Source of the DNA: an uncultured Thermoplasmata archaeon
GTDB taxonomy: Archaea; Thermoplasmatota; Thermoplasmata; RBG-16-68-12
Reading direction: 5' to 3'
Assembly (NCBI GenBank): GCA_963768855.1
Contig: CAVYJM010000006.1
Location: 32,001-96,000, forward strand
DNA: 64,000 bases
The position numbers were made by a program, and so were the translations under genes. Within the stretch, counting starts at the first letter, position 1. Every line of letters starts with the position of its first letter. The notes under the pieces are model-generated. The model did not search any database. It saw nothing but the letters and a program-made list of their open reading frames with translations, and was not told the DNA's origin. Shown here piece after piece: positions 1 through 7,958 of this stretch.

Positions 1-18
1 GGTTGGGATCGCAGCCGG

Positions 19-117
19 CGTCATCCCGGAACCGCCAGAGGCGGTATCCGGGATCGTTACAAGCGCCGGCATGTGTTACGATCCCGGATAAGCGCTAAAG
101 CGCTTTCCGGGATGACG
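19..117. repeat. REP-like palindromic element, family B (GTCATCCCGG...CCGGGATGAC)
   Basis: Terminal inverted repeats cgtcatcccgga / tccgggatgacg enclosing two internal hairpins; related copies at 2011, 27848, 32097 and 50233. Confidence 0.85.
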
Positions 118-144
118 CAAACAGGTGCAATCGGGATCGCGAAA

Positions 145-442
145 ATGGACCGGGCCACAATCGTCGAGCGCATCAAGTCCAAGGAGGCGGCCATCCGCAA
201 GGAAGGCGCCACGCACCTCTATTTGTTCGGCTCGCGTGCGCGCGGGGACAATAAGCCAACCAGCGATTTGGATGTGCTATGTGGATTACGATTCATCAGG
301 CAAGTTTAGCATCCTTGATCTAGTCGGCATAAAGCTGTTGTTGGAGGATGAACTTAGCCTAGACGTTCATATCACCACAAAAAATAGCCTGCATCCGAAG
401 TTAAAAAACGATATAGAGGCGCAATCCATTTGCGTGTTTTGA
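145..442 (+). CDS. MNT (minimal nucleotidyltransferase) antitoxin, apparent +1 frameshift near 277
   Basis: MDRATIV...LFGSRARGDNKPTSDLDV has the GSx10DxD motif. It continues in the next frame as YVDYD...SLHPKLKNDIEAQSICVF. Removing one base (c277) restores a ~98 aa MNT. Confidence 0.85.
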
Positions 443-790
443 ATGCAACGTGATATCAGTGTCGTCCTTGGGGAAATCGTTGAAGCTATCGATATTGCAA
501 TCTCTATCTGTTCGAAGCTGAATTTAGATCAGTTCCGCAGTAGCAAAGTTGAAAAGCTGGCAGTCCAAAGAACGATTGAAATAATTTCCGAAGCTGCACG
601 GCATCTTCCCCAGGAAGAGCTGGAAAAATATCCAACTGTTCCTTGGCGGCAGGTGAAGGCCATGGGCAACGTTTTGCGTCACGAATACCATCATTTGAAC
701 GACAAGATTATCTGGGATGTAGTCCGCGACGAGCTGCCAGACCTGATAGCAAAAATTCTGGAAGGAAACCCGCAGCTTCGAGAGGGCTGA
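443..790 (+). CDS. HEPN (DUF86) toxin of an MNT-HEPN toxin-antitoxin pair
   Basis: AVQRTIEIISEAARHLP...PWRQVKAMGNVLRHEY...IIWDVV is a DUF86 signature; directly abuts the MNT stop codon. Confidence 0.9.
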   Translation: MQRDISVVLGEIVEAIDIAISICSKLNLDQFRSSKVEKLAVQRTIEIISEAARHLPQEELEKYPTVPWRQVKAMGNVLRHEYHHLNDKIIWDVVRDELPDLIAKILEGNPQLREG

Positions 791-794
791 GGCG

Positions 795-1988
795 ATGGCT
801 AGGCCGCTCGACGCAAATATCGTGACCGCGCAGGCCGATGGCGGGCGCATCGCCGCAAACATCCTGGGCTTCGCGCGGGTGCTGCGCTCGGCCGGGATGC
901 CAATCGGCACGCAAAAGGCGCTTGAGGCCGTGGATGCGGTGGTCGCGGCCGGCCTCACCGACCCGAAGATCTTCTACTGGACTTTGCACGCCGTTTTCGT
1001 GAGCCGTCCCAACGAACGCGAGATCTTCAACCAAGCCTTCCACCTGATCTGGCGCGATCCGGGCTACATCCAGCAGCTTCTGTCGGTGATGGTGCCGAAT
1101 TTGCGCAATTCGGGCGCGCCGCGTGACGCCATGGCGCGGCGGCTGGCGGACAGCCTGTTCCTCCGCCAGGGGGCCGAGCACGCCGTCGAGCGCGATGAAA
1201 TGCAGATCGATGCGAGCGGCTCGGCAAGCGAGCTTGAGGTGCTCGCCTCGAAGGACTTCGAGCAGATGACCGCGGATGAGCTTCGGCTTGCCCGTGCCGC
1301 CATGGCGGATTTGGCGCAGCGTCTCGCCAAGCGCAACACGCGCCGGTTCTCGCTGGGCGGCACCGGCGGCGGAAGGCGGCTGGACCTGCGGCGCATGTTG
1401 CGGCAGGCCGGCTCGCGCGGCCCGGAGGCCATGCTGCCCCTGTTCAAGGAACGGCAGCGGCGCGCGCCCCCGCTCGTGGTGATGTGCGATATCTCCGGCT
1501 CGATGGACAGCTACGCCCGCGTGTTCCTGCATTTTCTCTACGCGCTTATCAACGGCGGCGAGCGCGTGCACGCCTTCCTGTTCGGAACGCGGCTCACCAA
1601 CGTGACGCGCATCTTGCGCGACCGCGATCCCGACACCGCGATGGCCAAGGCGACCGGCACGGTTCACGACTGGTCCGGCGGCACGCGCATCGGCGAAAGC
1701 CTCCACACCTTCAACAAAATCTGGGCGCGGCGGGTGCTCGGACAGAACGCCACCGTGCTGCTGTTCACCGATGGCCTCGACCGCTCCGGCGGCGAAGGCA
1801 TTTCGCGCGAGGCCCGGCGGCTCAGCGCTTCCTGCCGGCGCCTCATCTGGGTCAATCCGCTGTTGCGCTACGACGGCTACGCGCCGTTGGCCGCCGGCGC
1901 CGCCGAACTCGACCGCTATGTGAGCGAGATGCGTCCCTGCCACAATTTGAAGAGCGTCGCGGGCCTTGCCGCCGCCCTGGCCGGTTAA
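795..1988 (+). CDS. VWA domain protein, CoxE-like
   Basis: LVVMCDISGSMDSY (DxSxS MIDAS motif), FLFGTRLTNVT, DWSGGTRIG, LFTDG and LIWVNPLLRYDGYAP match the CoxE family. Confidence 0.88.
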   Translation: MARPLDANIVTAQADGGRIAANILGFARVLRSAGMPIGTQKALEAVDAVVAAGLTDPKIFYWTLHAVFVSRPNEREIFNQAFHLIWRDPGYIQQLLSVMVPNLRNSGAPRDAMARRLADSLFLRQGAEHAVERDEMQIDASGSASELEVLASKDFEQMTADELRLARAAMADLAQRLAKRNTRRFSLGGTGGGRRLDLRRMLRQAGSRGPEAMLPLFKERQRRAPPLVVMCDISGSMDSYARVFLHFLYALINGGERVHAFLFGTRLTNVTRILRDRDPDTAMAKATGTVHDWSGGTRIGESLHTFNKIWARRVLGQNATVLLFTDGLDRSGGEGISREARRLSASCRRLIWVNPLLRYDGYAPLAAGAAELDRYVSEMRPCHNLKSVAGLAAALAG

Positions 1989-2010
1989 GGGATCGAGACC
2001 AATCCGCATC

Positions 2011-2116
2011 GTCATCCCGGAAACGCCGAAGGCGCTATCCGGGATCTTTAAAGCGGCGCTTTTTGCGATCCGCGTCTGCGCACCAGCATTTCATGCTGCA
2101 ACGCGCACGGGATGAC
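2011..2116. repeat. REP-like palindromic element, family B
   Basis: gtcatcccgg...cgggatgac termini with internal hairpins, just downstream of the VWA gene. Confidence 0.8.
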
Positions 2117-2227
2117 ACCGGCGGATCGGCGCCCGCGCCTGCAAATGGCTTATCGCCTCTCCCTCTGAGTAATAATTAGCGCCAGATGCCGGGCATTTGA
2201 GCCGTCGCGTTAGCGGATATCTTAGGC

Positions 2228-2256
2228 TTGACCACTCATTATGCTCGCGGATTAAT
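2228..2256 (+). promoter_or_regulatory. Possible sigma70-type promoter for the PAS gene
   Basis: TTGACC (2228-2233), 17 nt spacer, ATTAAT (2251-2256); 27 nt upstream of the ATG at 2284. Confidence 0.4.
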
Positions 2257-2283
2257 CTTCCGGCACCAAGCAAGACGGCCAAG

Positions 2284-3534
2284 ATGAAAATGGCGGCAAT
2301 TCAAGGCGATGACAGCACTGTCCTGGACAAGGAAGTTCCATTTCGATTTGGCGAGCTGTTCTTTTCGAGGACGGACGAAAGAGGGCGTATACTTTCCGGC
2401 AATAGTGTCTTTCAAAAGATAAGCCATTACTCCTGGGACGAATTAATCGATAAGCCGCATAACATCATCCGGCATCCGGACATGCCGAGAGCGGTCTTCT
2501 GGCTTTTGTGGGACACCATTAAGCGAGGCGAGCCCATAGGCGCCTACGTCAAGAATAGAGCGAAGGACGGCCGGTATTATTGGGTTTTCGCTATCGTGAC
2601 CCCGGACGAAGGCGGTTATCTTTCGGTCCGCCTGAAACCCAGCAGTCCAGTGTTTGAGCTTGTCGAGCAGGAATACCGGGCGCTTGCCGAAGCGGAAGCC
2701 GGCGGGCAGCTCAAGCCCGCGGCCAGCGGGAAGATTTTGCTCGACAGGATCGTTCAACTTGGCTTCCGCGATTATGCCGCGTTTATGTCAGCCGCGCTGG
2801 CACAGGAAATTCAGGCGCGCGACCGGCACCTCGATAGAGTGCCCGATCCGGCAATCCCCCGCTTCGAAGCGCTCGGAAGCGCGGCGCAGAACTTATTGAA
2901 ACAAGCGGAAATTATATCCGATAACTACGCCATGAGCCGGTATATTCCGCTGAACCTTCGCGTTCAGGCGGCCCAGCTCGGAGAGACGGCCGCCACTATC
3001 GGCGTTATTTCCGTTAATTACAGTATTATCTCTGCCGAAATAAAGACCTTGATGGATGAGCTTGTGGCTTCGGCGCAGAAGGTGGCGGATGCCGTTAGCA
3101 AGGGGCTGTTTCTGTTCTGTACCGCGCGGTTGCAACAGGAAACCGTGGGGTTTTTCCGGGCAGAGTCGTCGTCTGGCGGCGAGACTTTTCAAAATGAAAT
3201 GGTTCATCTTGAGCGGCAATGCAAAGCCTATTCGCAAAGTGCGGCCGATGGACTTCGCATCATGGCCGAGCAGTCTGAACGTTTCCATCAATCCTGCGCT
3301 GAAATGCAAAAGCTGGCCGCCGGTTTGGAGGTCACGCGGGTCATGGCGAACATAGAAAGCGCCCGGCTGAGTGCGGCTCACGGTGGTTTGAACGCCTTAT
3401 CGGCCAGCCTTGCACAATTCCAGGCGTCGATATCGAGCGGCTTGAGCGAGATCGCCAGCCAGAGCCGGTTTATCCAGGTAAATACTCAAAAGCTCATCGA
3501 TTTCGCAGGGCACGGAGATTGTGGCGCGGACTGA
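2284..3534 (+). CDS. Soluble Aer-like PAS sensor with a degenerate chemoreceptor-like helical C-terminus
   Basis: N-terminal FFSRTDERGRI...HNIIRHPDMPRAVFWLLWDTI...YVKNRAKDGRYYWV is an Aer-type (FAD) PAS domain. No transmembrane segment. LNLRVQAAQLGETAATIGVIS resembles a decayed MCP hairpin tip. Confidence 0.8.
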   Translation: MKMAAIQGDDSTVLDKEVPFRFGELFFSRTDERGRILSGNSVFQKISHYSWDELIDKPHNIIRHPDMPRAVFWLLWDTIKRGEPIGAYVKNRAKDGRYYWVFAIVTPDEGGYLSVRLKPSSPVFELVEQEYRALAEAEAGGQLKPAASGKILLDRIVQLGFRDYAAFMSAALAQEIQARDRHLDRVPDPAIPRFEALGSAAQNLLKQAEIISDNYAMSRYIPLNLRVQAAQLGETAATIGVISVNYSIISAEIKTLMDELVASAQKVADAVSKGLFLFCTARLQQETVGFFRAESSSGGETFQNEMVHLERQCKAYSQSAADGLRIMAEQSERFHQSCAEMQKLAAGLEVTRVMANIESARLSAAHGGLNALSASLAQFQASISSGLSEIASQSRFIQVNTQKLIDFAGHGDCGAD

Positions 3535-3585
3535 GCGGTAATCGGTGCATTACGCCAAATCCCGGTTGAATGGTTCGGCAAAAGA

Positions 3586-3725
3586 CCCCCTCACTCTGTC
3601 TCTCTCCCCGCCAGCTCGCAAAGGCGAGCTGGCATCTCAGCGTGGCCGCATCCGCAAGCGGATGCGGCTGGGAGAGAGGACCCCAGAATATCCGCAGCGG
3701 ACAATTCTGGCGTCCCTTCTCCGTC
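3586..3725. repeat. REP-like palindromic element, family A (CCCTCACCC/CCCTCTCCC), with nested hairpin cassette
   Basis: ccccctcactctgtctctctcccc...ggagagagg; loop holds gccagctcgc-aaag-gcgagctggc and gccgcatccgc-aa-gcggatgcggc. Confidence 0.8.
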
Positions 3726-3844
3726 CGCATCCTCAAGCGGGCGATACTAGAGAGGAGCTCGCCAGGCGACTGCTGGAGGGCGGTGCGTTTTGCGAACCAT
3801 TCAACCGGGATCTGGCAATTGGCGCCAATAGCCTTGATCTTGCG

Positions 3845-4927
3845 TCAGAATAGCTCGATGTCCGCACTTGATGTGCTCTTCGACGCCGTCAGGCCCTCAA
3901 GCTGCATCGCGGCCGCGAAACGGTCGCGCATTTCGCCCAGGGAGAAGGTGCCCGCCACCTCGCGAAGGAGGCCATCCCCCGCCTGCGAAGCGGCAGATCC
4001 AGCCGGGGACGGCATCCGCGACGCGATCGAAGCGGAGGAGTGCCCGAGGACGGCAAGGGCTCCGTTAACGTTTTGGATGCGCTGCATCACCCTGTCCTGG
4101 AACTGCATGCCGACGATGGCGCCGCTGACCGCTTGCTCCATTTCTTGCGAGGAGTTTGCGGTCTTGTTCAAGGCGTCCGCGATGGTCGCATTTTGATCCA
4201 CAAGGCAGCTCATCATGGCCTTGATGCGGGCTTGCGCGTTCACGTTCTCCTCCGACATCTCGATCGTCGAGATCTCCTTGAGAAGATTGCCGCCGCGCTG
4301 GACCCCGTCGGATACGGTTAGAATCTGCTTCTTCACCGTGTCCGAGAGTGTGTTGACCGCGCCGGCCAGATCGCCGATCTCGGTCGCCACCACGGCAAAG
4401 CCGCGGCCCGCGGCGCCTGCGCGTGCCGCTTCGATTTTCGCGTTGAGAGAAAGCAACTTCGTCTGCTTGTTGATTCTTTCGATTTGGGTGATCGAAGCGT
4501 GCATGGACCTGATCTCGGCCTGCACATCTCCCAGCGCATGGCTCATGGCGACGCTGCGGGTGGTAAGCTGGTTGATCTTTTCCACGAGTTCCGTGAGCGT
4601 TTGGGACAGGCTGGCCGAAAGGTCCGCGAGGGGAATGCTTTCGCCGTCGAGTTCGATCTTTTGAACGGACGACATCAACCCTTGCACCGTTTCGGTCTGC
4701 GCCCGTGCCGCCGCGGCCATATTTTGAAACTTGGCGGCAAGCTCGTGGATGTGCGTCTCTATGTCATGCGAGGTAAGGGTGAGTTCGCCAGACAGCGTTT
4801 CGATAGCCCTGCTCTGTGCGATGGCAAGTCCAGCACAATCGGGGGTGAGAGCATCCGGCACGGAAATACTTTGTGAAAGGCCGCCTCTGTCCGCCTTCCC
4901 AAACACATTTTTCAGCATTGCATTCAT
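3845..4927 (-). CDS. Cytoplasmic methyl-accepting chemotaxis protein with no obvious sensor domain
   Basis: QTKLLSLNAKIEAARAGAAGRGFAVVATEIGDLA is the MCP signalling tip; no hydrophobic transmembrane stretch; C-terminal region MQFQDRVMQRIQNV. Confidence 0.9.
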   Translation of the reverse strand: MNAMLKNVFGKADRGGLSQSISVPDALTPDCAGLAIAQSRAIETLSGELTLTSHDIETHIHELAAKFQNMAAAARAQTETVQGLMSSVQKIELDGESIPLADLSASLSQTLTELVEKINQLTTRSVAMSHALGDVQAEIRSMHASITQIERINKQTKLLSLNAKIEAARAGAAGRGFAVVATEIGDLAGAVNTLSDTVKKQILTVSDGVQRGGNLLKEISTIEMSEENVNAQARIKAMMSCLVDQNATIADALNKTANSSQEMEQAVSGAIVGMQFQDRVMQRIQNVNGALAVLGHSSASIASRMPSPAGSAASQAGDGLLREVAGTFSLGEMRDRFAAAMQLEGLTASKSTSSADIELF

Positions 4928-4954
4928 TGGCGGCTTCTTCTTTTCGTTTGACTA

Positions 4955-4990
4955 AGCGCACATTCGCTGGCTGCCCGGCGAATGTGCGCT
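4955..4990. other. 13-bp stem hairpin between cheB and the sensorless MCP
   Basis: agcgcacattcgc ... gcgaatgtgcgct, ~30 nt upstream of the MCP start; possible terminator, processing site or operator. Confidence 0.45.
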
Positions 4991-5112
4991 CAAAATCCTA
5001 TGTTTTCGCAAAGTTTTTCTCCTAAAACCGGCGGCCATCCCGTTTTCACGGGGACAGGCTTTTGGGGAAACTCTGCTTGGGAAGGGAGGTTTTTGGCGTC
5101 CCTTCCCGCCGG

Positions 5113-6183
5113 TTAAATCCGGGTCGCCCGCTTGCCGCCATCCGCGGTAAGGTTCAAGATTTCCTGAGCCATTTTGGTAAGTGGCACCTCGGCTTCGACC
5201 GCGCCAAGCTCCTGCGCCGCCTTCGGCATGCCGTAGACCACGCAGCTGGGTTCATCCTGGCCGAGTGTGTGGGCGCCGCTCTTGCGCATGGCGAGCAGGC
5301 CGCCGGCGCCGTCCTTGCCCATTCCGGTCAAGATGACGCCAATGGCGTTCTTTCCGGCCGATTCCGCCGCCGAGTGAAACAGCACGTCGACCGAAGGGCA
5401 ATGGCCGCTCACACGCTCGGTCCCTTTCACGGTGCAAACATAGTTTGCGCCGGAGCGGCCGAGGCGAAGATGCTTGTCTCCCGGGGCGATGTAGGCATGA
5501 CCCGGCAACACCCGCTCCCCGTCCCGGGCTTCCGAGACCCGGATCGCCGCCGTATTGTCCAGCCGCCGGGCGAAGCTTGCCGTGAATTGCTCCGGCATAT
5601 GCTGTGTAACGAGGATCGCGGGGCTGTCCGAAGGCATATGAAGGATCACTTCGTTGAGGGCTTCCACGCCGCCAGTGGAAGCGCCGATCACGATCACCTT
5701 CTCGGTCGAGGAATAACTGGGAGGCCGTTTTGCCATGGCGCCTCCTTCCGCCGGTAGCTGAGCCCGCCTGTGCACATGCGCATGGGCGGCGGACTTCACC
5801 TTTGCGACAATTTCCGCCTGCTTTGCCAGTAAGCCGGACTGCAAGTTTATCGCTGGCTTGGCGATGAAATCCACGGCGCCTAGTTCGAGCGCCCGCAGCG
5901 TGGCCTCCGCGCCTTCCTGGGTCAGCGAGGAAATCATGACCACGGGCATCGGGCGCAGCGCCATGAGCTTTTCGAGAAAGGAAATACCGTCCATGCGCGG
6001 CATCTCGATGTCGAGGGTGAGCACGTCCGGGTTCAGCTGCTTGATCTTATCGCGCGCGACGATCGGGTCGGGGACCGCGCCCACAACCTCGATTTCGGGG
6101 TCGGAGGACAGCATGCTGCTGATCAGCTCCCGCATCAGGGCGGAATTGTCGGCTATGAGAACGCGGATTGGCTTCTGACTCAC
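5113..6183 (-). CDS. cheB: Chemotaxis response regulator protein-glutamate methylesterase
   Basis: Receiver domain (VLTLDIEMP) plus methylesterase triad GASTGG, QHM, PSVDVLF. GTG start at 6183 inferred from homology and an upstream GAGG. Confidence 0.96.
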   Translation of the reverse strand: MSQKPIRVLIADNSALMRELISSMLSSDPEIEVVGAVPDPIVARDKIKQLNPDVLTLDIEMPRMDGISFLEKLMALRPMPVVMISSLTQEGAEATLRALELGAVDFIAKPAINLQSGLLAKQAEIVAKVKSAAHAHVHRRAQLPAEGGAMAKRPPSYSSTEKVIVIGASTGGVEALNEVILHMPSDSPAILVTQHMPEQFTASFARRLDNTAAIRVSEARDGERVLPGHAYIAPGDKHLRLGRSGANYVCTVKGTERVSGHCPSVDVLFHSAAESAGKNAIGVILTGMGKDGAGGLLAMRKSGAHTLGQDEPSCVVYGMPKAAQELGAVEAEVPLTKMAQEILNLTADGGKRATRI

Positions 6184-6193
6184 TTGGTGACCC

Positions 6194-6835
6194 TCAATCG
6201 AAAAGCTGAATGGAGCCTTCTTCCGGCACCGCCCGCAGTGATGCCTGGTACCGGCGCTCCTCCTCCTCGGCGCGCTTTTCACTCGCCCCAATGAGAAATA
6301 ACCGCCTAACCTTACCGCTAGCTGGGTGATAATGGATGCGGCGGCCATACCCGCCGCCAAGATCGGCGGCGACGACCCGCAAGCCCTCGTTGGCCAGGTA
6401 GCGCAGAACGAAATCGCTGTTCTTCTTGCCAATCATGGCCGGTCCCTGGGTAAAGTTGGCGCCGCCGAAGAGCTTGATCTCCAGACGCGAACGCGGACAA
6501 CCCATGCCCAGAACCGAGTTGATTAGCATTTCCATCGCGAAATTGCCGTAGAGCGTCGCGGAGCTGCACGGGTTGGTGTTCGACAGGCCGGTCTCGCTTT
6601 CGGGCAGCATGAAATGGTTCATGCCTCCCACCCCTGTGAAGGGGTCCCGGACACAGGCGGCGATGCAGGAGCCGAGGATGGTGACGATCGTTTCCTTGGG
6701 ATCGTCCGTCGTATGGGTTTCGCCCGGCAGCAGGCGGGTCATGAAGTCGCCGGTTTCCTTGTTGTAAAGTCGCCGCGACAGGGCAGCCGGTCCGAGTTCG
6801 TGCGGCAATACCGCTTTTCTGCGGAGCGATGTCAT
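6194..6835 (-). CDS. cheD: Chemoreceptor glutamine deamidase
   Basis: TILGSCIAAC and GGMNHFMLP catalytic motifs; KLFGGA; ATG overlaps the cheR stop (ATGA). Confidence 0.93.
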   Translation of the reverse strand: MTSLRRKAVLPHELGPAALSRRLYNKETGDFMTRLLPGETHTTDDPKETIVTILGSCIAACVRDPFTGVGGMNHFMLPESETGLSNTNPCSSATLYGNFAMEMLINSVLGMGCPRSRLEIKLFGGANFTQGPAMIGKKNSDFVLRYLANEGLRVVAADLGGGYGRRIHYHPASGKVRRLFLIGASEKRAEEEERRYQASLRAVPEEGSIQLFD

Positions 6836-7710
6836 GCGCCGGTCTTCCGATAGATGGTGTGCCCGCTCAGCTGGAAGCGGTGGTATTGATCGAGAAGCGA
6901 TTCGGAGTGGCCCACATAGAGCCAGCCGCCGCTCTTGAGCATTGAATGAAGGCGTTCGATGAGCTTGGCCTTCGTGTCGGCGTCGAAGTAGATCATCACG
7001 TTCCGGCAGAAGATCGCGTCGAACGGCCCCTTCATCGGCCACGATCCAAGCAGATTGAGCTGCTTGAACGTGACCAGGGCCTGAACGGCCGGTGCGAGGC
7101 GGACGCCGCCGGCGCTGGATTCGAAGCTGGACTCGCGCATCGCTGCCGGCACTTCTCCAAGCCCGGAAGACGGATATTGGCCCGTCATGGCCTTATGCAG
7201 CACCGAAGTGTCGAGATCGGTGGCAAGCACCCGGAAATCCCACTCGCGGCCGGCTTCCCGCCGGGAGGCCATGGCCGTCATCGCGATGGAGTATGGCTCC
7301 TCTCCGGTGGAGCATGCCGCGGACCAAATCCTGACACGCGGCTTTTCCGCCCGCGCGGTTTTCCAGATGTCCGCAAGCACGGTCTTCTGAAGGTGCTCGA
7401 AATGATGGGACTCGCGGAAGAATTTCGTGAGGTTGGTGGTGATGGCGTTGATCAAGGAGCCGATTTCATCCGCTCCCGAAGCGTCGTTCAGCAACGCGCA
7501 ATATTCACGGAAGGAGCCAAGCCGCAAGGCGCGCAGGCGCCTCGTAAGCCGCGAGTAAACCATGTGGCGCTTGTGCGGGCCAAGGACGATGCCGCTGCGC
7601 TCGTAAACGAGTGCGGCTATGATCTTGAACTCCGCTTCGCTGAACGGAAACTCAAGGTCGCCGCTGGGGTCTGGCGTAGAGGCTTGCAGGGACATGGACG
7701 TCACACTCAT
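6832..7710 (-). CDS. cheR: Chemotaxis protein methyltransferase
   Basis: NAITTNLTKFFRESHHF, RIWSAACSTGEEPYSIAM, ATDLD, DAIFCRNVMIYFD. Confidence 0.97.
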   Translation of the reverse strand: MSVTSMSLQASTPDPSGDLEFPFSEAEFKIIAALVYERSGIVLGPHKRHMVYSRLTRRLRALRLGSFREYCALLNDASGADEIGSLINAITTNLTKFFRESHHFEHLQKTVLADIWKTARAEKPRVRIWSAACSTGEEPYSIAMTAMASRREAGREWDFRVLATDLDTSVLHKAMTGQYPSSGLGEVPAAMRESSFESSAGGVRLAPAVQALVTFKQLNLLGSWPMKGPFDAIFCRNVMIYFDADTKAKLIERLHSMLKSGGWLYVGHSESLLDQYHRFQLSGHTIYRKTGA

Positions 7711-7782
7711 CGCAGGGGAAGAGGAGAAACTTTCGTTTCCCCGAACAGGCATCTATCCGATCTGGACGGGAGCGGCTTAAGA

Positions 7783-7925
7783 CCCCCTCACCCTGTCCCT
7801 CTCCCCGTTGGGGCGAGGGGACGCCAGAATGGTCCTCTCACCTTGGATGAAGGGCCGCAGCCTGACTCCCTCTCCCATCCATATCCGCTAGCGGATATGG
7901 ATGGGAGAGGGCTGGGGTGAGGGGG
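7783..7925. repeat. REP-like palindromic element, family A
   Basis: ccccctcaccctgtccctctcccc...gggagagggctggggtgaggggg, containing a perfect internal palindrome cccatccatatccgc/gcggatatggatggg; lies between the MCP and cheR. Confidence 0.9.
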
Positions 7926-7958
7926 ACTTCCCGCGATTCCAGAAGCTCTGGACAAACT

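Noticed and set aside
708-2015. Long antisense ORFs (e.g. 708-2015, 6946-7920, 9194-10153, 24003-25982, 37616-38752, 42542-43975)
   Set aside because: They are shadows of well-supported genes on the opposite strand, expected in high-GC DNA, and have no family motifs.
3545-3853. ORFs containing PLTLSLSP / GERG / SPLAGEG peptides (also 7901-8278, 17274-17645, 18942-19163, 39311-39727, 55055-55477)
   Set aside because: These are translations of family A palindromic repeats, not independent genes.
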